This document shows, piece by piece, positions 37,801 to 52,002 of a stretch of DNA of 64,000 nt. The stretch's first letter is position 1, and the number at the start of each line of letters is the position of its first letter. The translations under genes and the position numbers were made by a program. Origin of the DNA: Azolla caroliniana (taxonomy: Eukaryota; Plantae; Polypodiophyta). The notes under the pieces were generated by a model. The model was not told the origin of the DNA, did not search any database, and saw only the letters and a list, made by a program, of their open reading frames with translations. Location of the stretch: assembly GCA_043228905.1 (NCBI GenBank), contig JBHGNT010000001.1, positions 30,876,001-30,940,000 of the forward strand. Reading direction: 5' to 3'.

Positions 37801-40800
37801 ATAAGGACATTTATACAGGTTTCTTCTACAGAAATTTTTGGTATAAAAAGTGTACCATTTTAGGGATGCCAAGAGAGACGTTACAAAAGGCTAGCATTTC
37901 TTCCTTTGAATTCAATGCATCTATAAAAAGCACATCTGCCCCTGCCTCTGCAAAAGCTTCAGCTCTCCACAAAGCTTCATGCAGTGAAACAGCTTGACGA
38001 GCATCTGTGCGGCCAACAATAACTATATCTGATGAGCTTTCATTTCGTGCATCTACTGCAGCTTTGATCCGCATTATTGCTTCTTTTCTAGATACTACTT
38101 TTCTTCCTTTAGTATGCCCACAAGCTTTGGGAGAAACCTGTAAATATTTTAAGGATGGATCAACATTTTCCACACAAATTGAGTTTACCTTGAGCAAATT
38201 AAAGTACAATTTTTTTTCTTTCCCTATTATTTGGATAATGCTCCTACCATTATCCATTTATATTTCAAAAGCCCTAACACATAAACCTTTACTTCTTTCT
38301 TCTCTTTATAAAAAGTGAACTAATTACAATATAGTTTTTGTTTTTCCCTATTATTCGGAAAATGTGCATACCCTTATCTATTTTAACCTTTCAAAAATAC
38401 GAAAGCGTAAATATTTCCTTTTTTCTTCTCTTTTGTAACATTTCTATAAGTGACACTCTTTCAAAACCCACAAAACCCTCTTCAGGCCATGCATAAGCCA
38501 TAGGAGGACCATTGCTACTTAGAAGTTTTGGTGTTGAGTCTGGTACAAATTTAATAGCAAAATAAACTACAAAACAAATAGGGAAAGAAGAAAAACTTAT
38601 TTCCTTATGGAGAGATAAAAGCTAACATATTTGACCATCACTGAATTCTCAAAATAGTGATTAGATGATCCTCTACAAAGATGCTCGGAAAAATATCCCT
38701 AAACTAGAAAATTATTGGAGGACTTATGAGACCCAAATTAGTTTCATTTATAGCTTAGGAAGTTTATACCAATCTGAAAACGATCCAATTCATATGCTTG
38801 ACAAAGGGAAATATCCATTTACACTGGTTAATTCCTTCCCGATGTGTATTTAATACCTCTAGTTGCAAACAACTTAGTCGTCCACTTAATTTTCCGTTTT
38901 TCATATATCTCATCTACGTAAAGTTCCGTTTTTCAAATATCTCATCTAGTCACGAATTAGACCTTGTCTAACTTTCAAGTTCAGAGCCATGGGTCTCATA
39001 CATGAATTACACTCCTTGTAAAGACTTTACAACTTTGAGCACCACCACTACTTACTACTATCTTAAGAGAATGGAGAACCAGTGGTGATAGCGACAAATA
39101 GCTTTGATGCTGACTCTCTGGAAGCTGAGTCCATTGATGCTCTAGCAAAACAACAATTTCTATTCAAAGTCCAAGCATGTTGCAATTCATTATCATTACA
39201 TCAAAATTAGACGTTAATAAAAAGAAAATTCTATTGCAATGTTGTTCTATGGACAATATGATAGCAGATACGTTATCAAATCTTTTGTCTAACAAAGCAT
39301 AAAGATTTCACCACTCAGTAAAAGATCCTCCTCTTGCCCTCTACTTGATACACAATATTGAAGGGTGTCGCTCCCCACTAATGGCTGTTTAATCCGGGCA
39401 CATGATCAAAACGGCAAGAAGCGAAATGCATACATGTTCACATCCTTGTCCAACCTTCTCAGTATTTTAAATCAAATCTATTTGTAGGTTTCTTTCATTG
39501 AGAGACCAATGTTGTAATGGGGGTGTTGGATATATATAGACAGACAGATAGATATATAGATATAAAATGGCTTCCAACAGGAAAAATGGATGTGCTCCAT
39601 GTGCCTAGCATTGCAAAGAATTCGGTCTCAGTAGGCTAAGTGGTAGCGCGGCCCATGCCAATGAGATTCCATACAAGCTGACACTTTATAGAGAATAAAC
39701 CACCCATGGCTGTAATAGGAAAGTGAGAGGTGTGGATGTCCATCTTTGGTAATAGATATAGACATGTGTCACAAACAAGTTAGGCCATATCAGCCCATCA
39801 ACTCTAAAAACTACATTCAAAGAGTACATACTGAGCAAATTATGACAATTTGAAAGTCCGAAGATGCAATGGGTATTGAAACATGCCAGCTAGGAAAGCA
39901 AGATAAAACCACATTTTCACTTAGTAAGGCCTCTATCGGCAATGTTGGGGGAGAAGTTGAACAAGCACTATTTGACAGAAACAGCTAACACTGTTGAGTG
40001 TATCCTCAGCAGATGGACTGCCATAGATGTACACAAGGTTGCACTTGAACAGTGCTTCTACCATAGAGAACTAGATCTCTCACAATTGAAAGTTTTTGGC
40101 TCAATGCCCTTTGCACATATACTAACATAACAAAGATCAAAGCTGGACACAGAAGCAGATAAGCGTATCCTAGATGGATACTTAGAAGAGCAAAAAGGTA
40201 CGAAGGCTATAATCCACTTTAAAGAAAATCCAAAGAAGCAGAGATGTAACCTTCAACGACATTAGCTCTCCATACACCAGTGACGAGGAACAAGATTGTT
40301 CATGCAGCACTACTAGTTCAAGAGGAAGCAAATATATCAACAGACCTGAGAATAGGTACAACTTTGGAACTAAAGAAATAGTCTTCGGAAACATTGAGTT
40401 CGCAAAAATGTTTGAATTAATGAGCACGGAGCAGTTTCAATCTGATATGGTGTCATTCACAATGACAAGGTATGTTAACTGGGACTGTGGTCACCTAACA
40501 AGCAAAAGTGCAATACTTTCACAATACTGGTATGCACTGAAGTCTTAAGGAAATATGGTATGCTGGAATGCAAAGAAATATTCGCCCTGTTGGAACAGGC
40601 CGTAAAGATATGCACAAATAGTGGAGCAATGCTAGAGGATCCAACGATGTATTGGCATATAGTAGGCAGTCTCATGTGTCTTACCATGACAAAACAGTAC
40701 TTTCATTGACCTATCATTAATCTCCATAGGTGTTAAAATCTCGGAGTTGGAATCTCGTTGCACTTGGACTGAATATGCTAAATGCGTTCAAGATCTCCTT

Positions 40801-42702
40801 TGTATATCTTTGTTGAACGATGAAGAATTTCACTGCCTCATACCAAACACACAGCATCCCAGATTTAATCCATGATGACCAAGTCTGTCATCTCAAACTT
40901 GGTCCTGAAGTCCAAAATTATTATTTGTATTATACATGCAGAGTTTTCCCAATTTACTATTCTACATTCAGCCACATAATATTGTTTAGGGTCTATATTT
41001 AACTGATTATATCTTTGTATCCAAGCTCAAGATCTATGCAATCATTATCTACATTATATAGCCGGTAGTTTCATATTATGTCATGAGATTAATGTCATAA
41101 CTTTTACCTGATCTTCCAAAAGAATTCCTGCAAATCCTGCAGCTATATAACTTTTTACTGTACGTTTAACATTCAATGCATTTCCATAACCATTATCTCC
41201 ATCACCGATTACAGGAATAGAAACAGCAGATGTGATGTGCCGACCCTGATCAACCATTTCTCCAAATGATATTAAACCTGTGTCTGGTAAAGCCAATCGA
41301 GCCGCAGAAACTGCAAAGCCTGCAATGACAACAAATAGATCAAAAAGAAAGATAATCAAACATATTTAAATCGATGAGTGCAGATATATCAGAGCTTATT
41401 GCAAAGAGATCTTTTATTTCATCAAAAAGGAGAGATTTATGAAAACAACAAGCTAATTTCTCCACAATTTACTTCGCCGCATGTTTAGAGAGAAGATTGA
41501 CAAAATTCGAGGGAACTTTTACAGGAAACTTAGTACATAATGTTCTACCTGAGGAAATGCTCCGAGTTCAAGCTGTTTGCTTCAATCAACAAGCTATTTT
41601 CTTGGCATTTGTTTAAAAAATGCCTCAAAGAGAAGCTCAACAAGCTAATTTACAGAGATTGCCCTCTTTGTACAGATCAATGAAGGTACTTTTTTACAGT
41701 TTTTTTTCTTAACTTCAGATATATGCAAAGATGACAAGCTATTTACAGAGATAGGCCTGTTTGTTTCTATCAATAAGCTATTGTCAGACAGCTTTCTTCA
41801 TAATTTTTTTGAACAAAAAAATATCTCCATAAATTCAAGCGATTTTGAAGAGACTTCCACACAATAGTCATTTCAAAAGGTTTACCTCTTTTTTAGTCAA
41901 AAAAACTATTTTCTTTACAATGTATTTAAGAGAAGTTTGCTTTGAACCTCCATAGATACATGAAATCTGCGTACTTCAAACACTAAAAAGAAAACAAATA
42001 GAAGTAAAGGTGCACAGATTACATTTTCCATATAGATCAACCACCTCCTATAGATAAAATAAGCTATGTTCTTCACAATATCCTCAGCAACAGGTACATG
42101 AAAAATGCCTTAAAGCACAAAAATTAATGAGAACCAGATATAGATGAGCTAAATTCATGGATTTTCACATAAAGCTTGCCTCTTTGTCAAAATTTTATAC
42201 TTTTACGAATCTACCTGTTTCTTGAGATCAAAGAAGCTATTTTTTCACAGTTTCGTTGGCATCACATAATCCAACCGGATCAACAAAAGCAATGTTTCTT
42301 CTCAACTTTATTCATCCGCATATATCTCAAAGAGAAGATCAATTCCTTACCACTCATGAAGGTGAAGGAGAATCCTGCATTCTCGACGAGCTTCGCACTG
42401 AGAGCATCATAGCAAGCAGGTCCTTGATGAATCCCAGGAGACGCTAAGATTTTCCTTAAAGAAGAAGAGGACGATAAGGATGATGATGATGATGATGAGC
42501 CTCCTTCATTCTCGTCGCTTCTGCTGCTATTTCCGATACCGTTCACGACGATGAGGGACGAATCTCTTCGCTTCTTATAATGGAAGCGTCTTTCAGAAGT
42601 AAGACTGAGAGAAGGTCGAAATGCTGCACGGCTAGGGTTAGGAGCAGGAGCAGGATTGCACAGAAATAAGGAACTGGTCGCCGGTGGCGGCAGCAGCAGC
42701 AT
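34870..42702 (-). CDS. Isocitrate lyase/PEP mutase superfamily enzyme (2,3-dimethylmalate lyase/CPEP-phosphonomutase-like, AT2G43180 type) with a probable plastid transit peptide, ~517 aa
   Basis: Exons 42702-42351, 41319-41108, 38137-37856, 37549-37427, 36181-36028, 35937-35678, 35127-35091 and 35003-34870 splice in frame. Motifs: PACYDALSAKL, PDTGL, PVIGDGDNGYG, LEDQVSPKACGH, RTDA, ANMLEGG. C-terminal extension WSRTLRVKV..KLDV.VPAGFL..GDRIQIFIE. Ser/Arg/Pro-rich N-terminus. Confidence 0.93.
39565..40690 (+). mobile_element. Decayed, internally deleted Ty1/copia pol fragment in intron 2 of the PEP-mutase-family gene (antisense to the host)
   Basis: In order: DVLHVPSIAKNSVSVG, KLGHI, CQLGKQ, ML.EKLNKHYLTETANT, DLSQLKVFGS..FAHI, KLD.EADK.ILDGY, KYGMLECK...DPTMYWHIVGSL. 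An RNase H-tail-like piece also occurs at ~39215-39295. Confidence 0.8.
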
Positions 42703-44235
42703 CGTGTTAATAGACGACAGGTGTCGGAAGGGAGAAACAAGAGGGTTGGTTTTTATAAGAGAGTAAAATAGAACGGTAAGGCTCTCGTACAATACATAAT
42801 AGATGATTTATGAACCTCCCGTGAACTTGGCTTTTCCATCGATCTCTTAGTCCTTGTAGCTTCCGGCATGACTCTAGCCTCTCTCGCCCTGTTTATGTTC
42901 TCTACGCATGAGAAGGAAGGCTATGGTTTAGATTCGCATGTTACGTAATAATGCCTTTCATATCATGAGATGCATTGCTTCCTTACCTGTCACCTCTTAT
43001 ATTGTGACCACAACCTTGAACTTGGCACTGTCATTGTCACTATTTTGTGGCTTTTATTTTGTACCTAGCCTTGGAGGTCGGCGCTATGGTTACTAGCTTC
43101 CTAGTCAATATGTATCTGAGAGAGGAATATGGTCGGATCCACATGCTAAGTAAAGGATGTGACTTTTCCGAACCTCGAGCCTTCACTTCTACTTTCACCA
43201 TAACTCTTGAGTGTTTCTAATTCTAGTTATGAATCCTATATTTGTATAGAATGCTAGCTTTGGCTTTGTTCTGACTTGGTTGCCCTTGGGGGGGAAAGTT
43301 TATATAGAATTGATAAAGTTATTTCACTTCCTAGATTGGTGAACACTTTGTGTTTTGTATCTAAGCAAACCTACATTTAATCATGACCACTTTTTTGTTT
43401 GTGGCTTGTGTTTTGAATTTTATTGAGTGGATATTACAGGATAACTTCCAATGAGGTCCTTCATCAAGGTATTTATTGTCTTATGCACGCAACGCATGTG
43501 CTTAATAGCAAGGTTCTTGATCATTTCTACAATTCAAATCCCAATGACACCACAAAAGGTGTCAAGGGCGTCCAATCTAAGGGAGCATTGTCCATGGCTC
43601 AAATGTTGCATGGCTTGGATCAAAACTCATTATGTGCCAACACATGGCTTGATTAGTCTTGCCATAAATTATGAGATCCATTGGCTTGGACAATTGGTTG
43701 TTCTGAACTCCAAGTGAAAAACGTCAACTGTCATTCTTCTCATGGGTCACGTGTTCACTGAAGCGCAAGAAGAAGACCGAACATTATTAGTACACGAGAA
43801 AGAAAAAAGACATGCAATTTTCGGAAGCTTCAAAAAAGGCAATATACAACTAAGTCGAGCGGACAAATCATTCTAATTTTTATGGTTTGTCGGAACGATA
43901 AAAACTGGGGGTTTTCAAACTGAAACGGGAGCATGCCGCCACAAAGATGAGGATGAAGGAAATTTGGGTGGGTGAGAAGGGAGACGTGACTAAATTGTCT
44001 TACGGATAATGATAATGATAATGCTTAACCCCCACCCCCCCCCCCCCCCCCCAAACAACAAAAGAAGGACTCATTTCTCGTGTGTAAATGGAACCTTGAA
44101 AGTAATAACTTTCCTCGCAGTCAACAGACACACAGCCCTGCGGAGAGATACACACACAAACAGAGATTTTAGAGCCTCACAAACATATAGAACGCACCAT
44201 TTTGCTCCACGAATTGGTCAGATCCTTGCTCCCCC

Positions 44236-44700
44236 ATGGCGGCTGCCTCTCCAGCTCCTACTTCTCTCGCTAATGCTAATTCTAATGATAACAGAAACGA
44301 ACCCTCTAGCCCTGCCACTCCTAATGATAACCCAAACAACCCTCCGAGTAACCAGAACACTTCTACTTCGGATCAGCAACCAGTTTCTACCAATCCTCTC
44401 TTTGTAATCCAACCCTCTCCATTCGTTTCATCCACGTGAGTTCTCTCTCTCTCTCTCTCTTGCATTTCTGTTATTTATATGCTATTTATTATTCATTTTT
44501 ATATGTTATATATATATATTTCAATGTCATTGTTGTTTTCATTTCTTAATCCGGGCCTCTTAATTCTTGTTTGGAAATTTGAGGAGTTGTGTTTGCTGGC
44601 GATCTTTGCATTAGATGAGCTGGAGATAGTGTGTGCAAGTTATTTGCTGATGTTTTGTTGTTCATATATGTATATATGTATGTATGTATTTATGTATGTA

Positions 44701-44758
<58 letters not shown>

Positions 44759-45500
44759 CATATGTACACACAGAGTTGAACAAATCCGTATGATGGCAGC
44801 AAATGAAGGTCTCAAGCTATAGACTAACTAGGCCAATATGTCTTCTTGAATAAGATAGAAAGAAAGCCAAAGTAAACACAGATCTTAAGTAACACCAATA
44901 TGTATTCAATAAGATGAAAAGAGTTCCCTTATGAAGTGTGTCTCATGTGGGTTTTCTCTTCTATGCAGCCCTCCAGACTTAGAACCTAACGTCGGGGGCC
45001 TAACTAAAGTGCATGTTCAAGCATTGGATGAAATTATATCAGTGAACTCGTTTTTTACCGTGGCGGTCTTCATAGGCTTCTCCTTAACTAATCCCTCCGC
45101 TGACGGCAGTTTGGTTGGAAAGTGCTTTGTAGGTGCAGACTTCACCAAGTATCTCCTCGTTTTTGAGGTCATTGCCTTTAGTAGTTACCTCCTCTCTAGC
45201 CTTATAGCTCAAGGACTCAAGCTTTTGATCGTCATTTTGAATTCCAAAGACCAGGCCGAAGTACTTTCGGCTCAAATCAAGCCGCAAGTGTTAAGGTTTG
45301 GCATGCTTTTCACAGTCATTGGGACCACCGTGGGCACTGTCTTTCTTACCCTCTCGATCGTGTACTTCATCCAAATAAGGCTAGGGCTGCTCCATTGTGA
45401 TAATGTGTGGTCGAAGTGGGCCACCATTCCAGTGGTTACCATGGTTGGTGGTGGGTTAGTGACATTCTTGTTTTCATCCCTCTATGCCTTTAGTACATAA
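44236..45500 (+). CDS. Plant four-TM membrane protein, MEE60 (maternal effect embryo arrest 60)-like family, ~243 aa
   Basis: Exons 44236-44435 and 44969-45500 (phase-2 GT-AG intron). Family motif VHVQALDEIISVNSFFTVAVFIG.S, then LLVFEVIAFS.YLLSSLIAQGLKL and IQIRLGLL.C. Confidence 0.85.
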
Positions 45501-45784
45501 GTTTCTCAGATGTTATGTGTTTGTGGTTCTTTTGTGCCGTCTCCACAAACATCGATGTTGCATAACAAGTGATTGTTTGATATGCCGATCACTTTTGTTT
45601 GATCACTTTTGGATGAAAGGAAAATATGGTTTCGTAATCTACTTTGTAAAGTTCATGTTTGTTGTGACTCTTCAGCTAAAACTATGAGAGAGATGATCGA
45701 ACAAGTGTAGTTGGTGGTGTCAAACTTGTTGTCTTGTGTTGCATGTGGCATACGGTTCTGCAGAATTAAAAGGGATGGATAAGC

Positions 45785-45856
45785 ATGATTACCCAATTAG
45801 TTGTAGCATCTTACTAATAACATGAGGCTCATAGGTTTGAATCCTATGTAGACCCA
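45785..45856 (+). mobile_element. tRNA-derived SINE-like remnant
   Basis: B-box-like GGTTTGAATCC at 45834-45844. Shares GTAGCATC and terminal .CCCA with the copy at 52478-52561. Confidence 0.35.
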
Positions 45857-46893
45857 AATTGGCCATTTGCAAGACACTAAGAAGATTAAAGGGTGGACGG
45901 ATGAACATGCTCCCTTGCTTGAATCTTGATCTCCTAATGTGCAAGAGATCTAAAGCAAGTCATTTCTACATTCTTGGACCAGCCTATTTGGTTTATGGTT
46001 AATTGCAATAGAGAGAGGTGGCGAATTGGTAGTTTTGTATCTTGGACTAGTTTTGAGTGAGCTTTTTTGAGTTGTTTGAAAGAAAGGAAAATCCTCTGGC
46101 CTTCATTGATAAAATGGCTCAAGCAATTCTTTTCCACCCTAGTTCCTGCTTTTTGGCATTGTGGTGCGCACAACAAAAAGAAGACCCTTTCCAAGGAAAA
46201 AAAAATCATTGAAGATAAACAAATAGAAAAAACCAATAGAGTTCATGACATAAGTTCCCCCCAATGTTGTAGCATGAAATCATGAAAAACAAGACAATAG
46301 ATAAGAGACTTTAGATGTCCTCATTGATTGATTGAATCTAAGAAACGATGTCGACAAATTCAAGAGCTTAGGTTTCCATAATACTTAAATTTAAATAAGG
46401 TTTGTCAATACCATGATAGTGTTTGTTCATTATTGAGGTGCTTCATGGTAAGTTTAAAATCATGCATGCTAACAACTTGCTCCTAATAGCTAGCATTACA
46501 AATTTACATTTGTCAAATAAATGGAAAAAATTGTACACTTACAAGGATAAATTCTAATGGGAATACTAATACAAGAATTAACAAAATGGTATCCATGACA
46601 TTGCATGTTTGAAGGTGCAAAAACACATGAAATATAGGGATTCACATGGAGCCTCTGACACCAATATATTTAATGTCTCCATTCTATACCATTTAAATCT
46701 AATGTATACAATAAATGGTTTATACTCTTCACTATCTAAAAATGAAAACGTAAAGATACATCAATGTCTTTAGATCTAGACAATTGAATCTTTGTTATTA
46801 TGAATATCGTTGGTTGCAAAGTGACAAATATCTTTTCATTTGAAAAAAATAGAGAAGCATGTGCATCCACTTGAATCCACCATTGGAGATATC

Positions 46894-47707
46894 AATAAAG
46901 GATTTTTTACATTTTGATTTGAGTATGCATCCACTTGATCTTTCTTTGGATATACAAAGTTGAGTAAACGTTTACATTTGAATATGCATCCACTCAATTA
47001 GACGATTGGACATAACATGGTTGGAGTATCAATGAAAAATTGCTTCCACTTGAATCCACGATTGAAATCTCCCTACTAAAATATCTTTCCCCCTACTTTC
47101 ATAATCATCCTTGAAATCCTTACCTCCACCACTACCCATGATCCCCCCAACTCCCATTGAAACCCCTCTCTCTCTCTAATTCTATATCTCCTACCCTCCT
47201 TATATAAACTATCCTACACCCCACATGGTCATTTAGCATTGATAAAACCCCTTAGGGGCGAAACTAGTTTGCTCATCACCATTACCTATCCTAGTTACCT
47301 ATCCCAATGTAGTTTTCGTTTATGATAATTAAACTTGTTTTTAATCACTCTCTCTCTCTCTCATAGTAGTAGGATTGTGTTGAAATTTGTTAATTATTTT
47401 ATAATTAGTGCTTAATCCCCCGTCCCTCTTTCTCTCTCGCTTAACCTACACTCTTACCTCTCCTTGCCACATATCCACTGATAACACACCATTCTACACT
47501 CCTTGTCGATGAGCTAGCGGTCAATAAAATCACAAAATAAGGGATTTTTTACATTTTGATTTGAGTATGCATCCACTTTATCTTTGATTGGATATACAAA
47601 GTTGAGGAAACATTTACATTTGAATATGCATCCACTCAATTACACGATTCGACATAACATGGTTGGAGTATCAATGAGAAATTGCTTCCACTTGAATCCA
47701 TGATTGA
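46894..47707. repeat. ~172-bp direct repeats (46894-47066 and 47536-47707) flanking ~470 bp of unrelated sequence
   Basis: Near-identical copies, each built of ~60-bp subunits containing GCATCCACTT. Confidence 0.85.
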
Positions 47708-50700
47708 TAATGCATGGTTGGAGGAACCAATAAAGAATTGCTTACATTTAAAGATACATTGCCATGTACAACTATGCATGTATTAGATAATAAGTTACTT
47801 TCTCCACGTGGGAAACTCCCAAAGCATGTGCATACACGCGTGTACCTAACACACATCCTCTCTCTCCATCCACTCATATTAGAATAATGTTAAAATGAGA
47901 CAAAAACATTGTTTCTACAACAAGACTTAAGAGAAATGGGAAGAGGTAAGTAACAAACAAGATTAAATGGTAAATTTAATGTTAAAAGAGATTATTGTGG
48001 AGTTTATTAAACATATCACGACGTTAACTCCCAACTTAGATTCTAAAGAATATTTAGAATACTCATGTGTTTTGACATTAAAATATATTTTAATCAAACT
48101 TCACTAAACGTATTAATCTACTAATTATTTGGATAGATTTGAATAGGACGAAGCACTTTGCCGAAGTTGTGCAATGTTGAAATACATCAGATGTTTGGGC
48201 ATTGGATATATTGGAATATGACAAAGTAGTTTGCTGAAGTTGTGGGTTGTTTTTGTTTCATACTAGGTAAAAGCAAGAGTGAAGCATGTGTGGATGGAGT
48301 GGAAGTGAGAGTGTCTTGAGTAACACAAACATTGGTGAGAATCCAATGCCCCAAAAAACTAAGGTTTCCTTCCCAGGGTTCATATAATGAGATGAGTTAA
48401 GGCCTAAAATTGGGCCAAAATGCATAGTTGATGGATAAGAAGGCCACATGATAGGCTATGAGCTCATTAGGTAGAGCACTACAAGAAGGAGATTGGTCAA
48501 GGGAAGGCAAGTGACTAGAGTGAAGTAGTAACAAGGTAATCATACAAGAAGTTGCACATTTGTTTCATACACTTGGATTTAGCATTGATTCAATGTATCA
48601 ATCCTACGACACAATGATGACAGTCACAAGTGGAATTGGCACAATTTTTTGAATCTTATGCTTTCACACAAATTGGTTTTCACCTTGACAAGGCTCCATA
48701 GACTTAGCTAGTAAATCTATCCAAAATCTGATAGGTTTAAAAAAGAAAGGTTTACAAATTAGTATAAAACAATCTTCTTCACATAGATATATGTTTGGTG
48801 CCAAGTCATTGTGCAAATGAACTATTTCTTGTTGGTCCATTCTATCAATCATTAGTGAAAGGCTAAGAAGCATGGAATAAGTGGTTTGTGATTAATTTAT
48901 GATGACAAACGTGATTTGTACACACATGTATGTATGTATATATCTACCCATACAATTGCCCACTCAATAGTCGAAATGTGTGACATGCAAGTGGATACAC
49001 AATATTTATTATATTTCACATACACATATATGCTATCCTAAATTCACTATAATCAAATGAAAAAAAGTGAATAGGAGCTTATGGTTAAATGTTTTTTTAT
49101 TACATGTGCTTATGGTGTTGTTTCATAAAAAAATATAAGTACCCAGAGCCAATAAGTTATTAATTTTCATGTATGCATGTACATACATATAATGATATAT
49201 GTATTTTATTACCTACAATGCATATGATTCTAGGTTCATTTACTTCAATCAACTAAATTAAAAGAGTGGTGAAATAGAAACAAAGTGAGCGAGCCTATAC
49301 GAATCTATTAACAAGGGCACCGTGTGAGTATGCTAAGGTCTATCCTTGCAACCATATGACATATCATGCATAAGGGCTACAATGCATGTCTACCCTCACA
49401 CTCACACAACTTTAAGGGTGTGTGTCCATGTCCACACACAAGAACATCTTAGAATGACCTCAAGACACTATTCATGATCACGATGAAGTAGAGGGATGAA
49501 AAGATGATGCCATCACTTAATCCCCCCAACCCTCTGACATATAGTGAGAAACTTTGAGAAACGATGAAGTGACACCATATGGGGCATGGAGAAACAAAAG
49601 CAACACCACCATGTCCCTTACTCATGTTGATTAAGACTTTAAGTTATCCTCTAAGTTCATGTGACTACATGGACTCCTACTTCTAATGCCAACATTGAAA
49701 GAAATTTAATTCTAATCTCCTTCTTCTCTTCCAGGAAATTAGGGGCCTGAGGTTCTTGACCACACGATAGGAAAGTGACTGCTTGTCAACAGCAAGTGAT
49801 TAACTCTTGATCTTATTGGTCTATGGGCATGATGTGTTTATTTAATAATGATCAAGTGTTCAACGATAGCCAAATATATATGAAAGTGATCTGTAAATAG
49901 GCGAGTATATAAAGATACTTTGAGTGTACATAGATTGATTTATATATACAATTCGCCTAACTAATGGGAAGCCGTTTTTTCCCGATTTTTTTTTTTGTGA
50001 TCAAGTGTTGGTATGATCATAACTTTGTCTATTGAAAATTATTGTTACAATGCTTATGTTTAGTCAAGCACTAACTTGTCATATGTGCCCTTGGAAATAA
50101 AAAAGGAGGTCTTCTTCCACTTTGATTGTTGGTCATGGTTGTACAAAGTTGTTGTATGGGTAATAGACTACTATGGGTCATACAATGTGGTTAGTGTGAG
50201 AACCACAAGGCCATTTGACTATGACAAAATGGTATTTGACCACGATGGATTGTATGGATAATCAACTACTCTTGGATGTGTAATGTGCTTAGTGTGAGGA
50301 CCATAAGGCCAATCATGCATGCCAAGATGGTCGTTGGGGCTTGAGCATTAGGAATACGCGATCTTGTTGTTTCGGAGTCCTGCCTCTTGGGTAGTAGTGG
50401 TAGGCTATCAAGGTGGTCACCGACTGTTGCTAAGCATTAACAAGCACATCAACTTCTCAATTTATATGAACAAAAGAGGGCCTACTCATCCACTCAAGAC
50501 TGATCTTCCTTCACTTATCTTACGAGTTTAATCATGTGCTAATTATCAATCCACATTTAAAGATTGAACTTCTAATGGATAGGCAAGGTGATAAAACAAG
50601 AGAAGTGCTCACATATTTTATATTACATAAAACAAGTAACAAACAATGATAATGCCTCTCTCTTCCTCTTTGATTATGAGATATTGTTGTATTGTACTAT

Positions 50701-50761
50701 TCATTGTCTCCTACATTTGGGCAATTATCGTTGCTTTTACAGGGGAGTGTGATGGGGTGCG

Positions 50762-50933
50762 ATCTTGTTTCCATCACTTACCTTCTTTGACAGTACTTCA
50801 ATGAAGTTTGTTCAACACTTTAACTACTCAATATATTCTAGCTTATTATCTTGTTTCCATCACTTGCCTTCTTTGACCGTACTTCAATGAAGTTTGTTCA
50901 ACCCTTTAGCTACTCGATATCTTCTAGTTTATT
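50762..50933. repeat. ~86-bp tandem duplication
   Basis: ATCTTGTTTCCATCACTT.CCTTCTTTGAC.GTACTTCAATGAAGTTTGTTCAAC occurs twice. Confidence 0.9.
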
Positions 50934-51149
50934 TTCTACTTTATGAGATCAAATATGACATTTGTCCTATTGTGTTTGTGACATGTGTGTATACATACAT
51001 ATATACATACATAGGTCGAGGATGACATTATCCCCATTTATGTGTTGTGACACGAGCAATGAAACTAGGCCAATGTCGGTTGTCCAATGGGATGCTGTAA
51101 CATGAGTTGGAAATCAACCACCGAGAATGATATATATTATTAATGAAGA

Positions 51150-51400
51150 CGGATTATAATGCTTGGTGGCTGATTTCCTACTCATGTTACAACTTTGTGT
51201 TAGGCAACTAACATTGGCCCAATGTCTCATTGTTTGCTCCACAATACATAATGAGAATAACATCACCATTTGCCTCAATATAATGAGAGAACACTTCATG
51301 GTGTAGATCCCATCAGTAATCACTTTGTGATTCTTCATGTTGCTAAGATGACCAAATGGTGAAGCCCCCCATGTATGAATGAGTTTGGACTCTATGTTCA
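51150..51400 (-). mobile_element. Decayed Ty1/copia integrase remnant
   Basis: LIHT-WGASP...KVITDG.YT.KC..IILR...LF....VEQT.RH..VSCL resembles copia LIHSDVWGP..YYVTFIDD.SRK.W.Y.L...VEKETG..IKCL. Confidence 0.5.
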
Positions 51401-52002
51401 TACTTTGGCTAATTTTCTAGTTATTTTCTTGTCATTTCTTACTAGATCACTGCAAGAAAATGGGATTTTGAGAAGAGTGGTCCACCAGGACCCAAAACCT
51501 TGTCGTGTTGGCACAAGCAAATGTTGCCAACATGCATTCGGCAAAGGCACCCCATCAAGGATACGTCGTCGGCCATTCTGTGAAGGAACATTTTATGATT
51601 TCCCCCACGATTCGTGTGGCCACAAAGATGGATTGAGAGAGGGACCGAAAGAGGGCCCAAGAGACACACACACACACACAGAGTTGAGAGAGAAGGAAAG
51701 GAGCAATTGGAAGAAGGAAGAGAGTATGTATTACATACAATAAGAGACGATTTTGTGCTCATTCATAAACACCACCAGGTAGCAAATGTTTTTGTGTGAT
51801 AGAAGAAAAAGCAAAAGAAGAAGCAGCAGAAACAGCAGAGGAGAGACAAAATCTCTCCCACATGAAAGAAATCAAAAGAAGAAGAAGAAGCAGACCAGGC
51901 AGAAGGCTTAGCTCTAGCTTCTTTCTCTATTTGTTCGACACTCTTTAGGGTGTTCTGACCAGAGTGTCCCAAAAATCAGGGTTTCTGCCTAGAATCGGAA
52001 AC

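Noticed and set aside
51448-51461. CACTA-like terminus CACTGCAAGAAAAT (also CACTACAAGAAG at 48477)
   Set aside because: No matching opposite TIR or 3-bp TSD was found in the window.
51557-51564. U12-type 5' splice signal GTATCCTT on the minus strand
   Set aside because: No credible exon or gene model surrounds it; one chance 8-mer match is expected in 64 kb.
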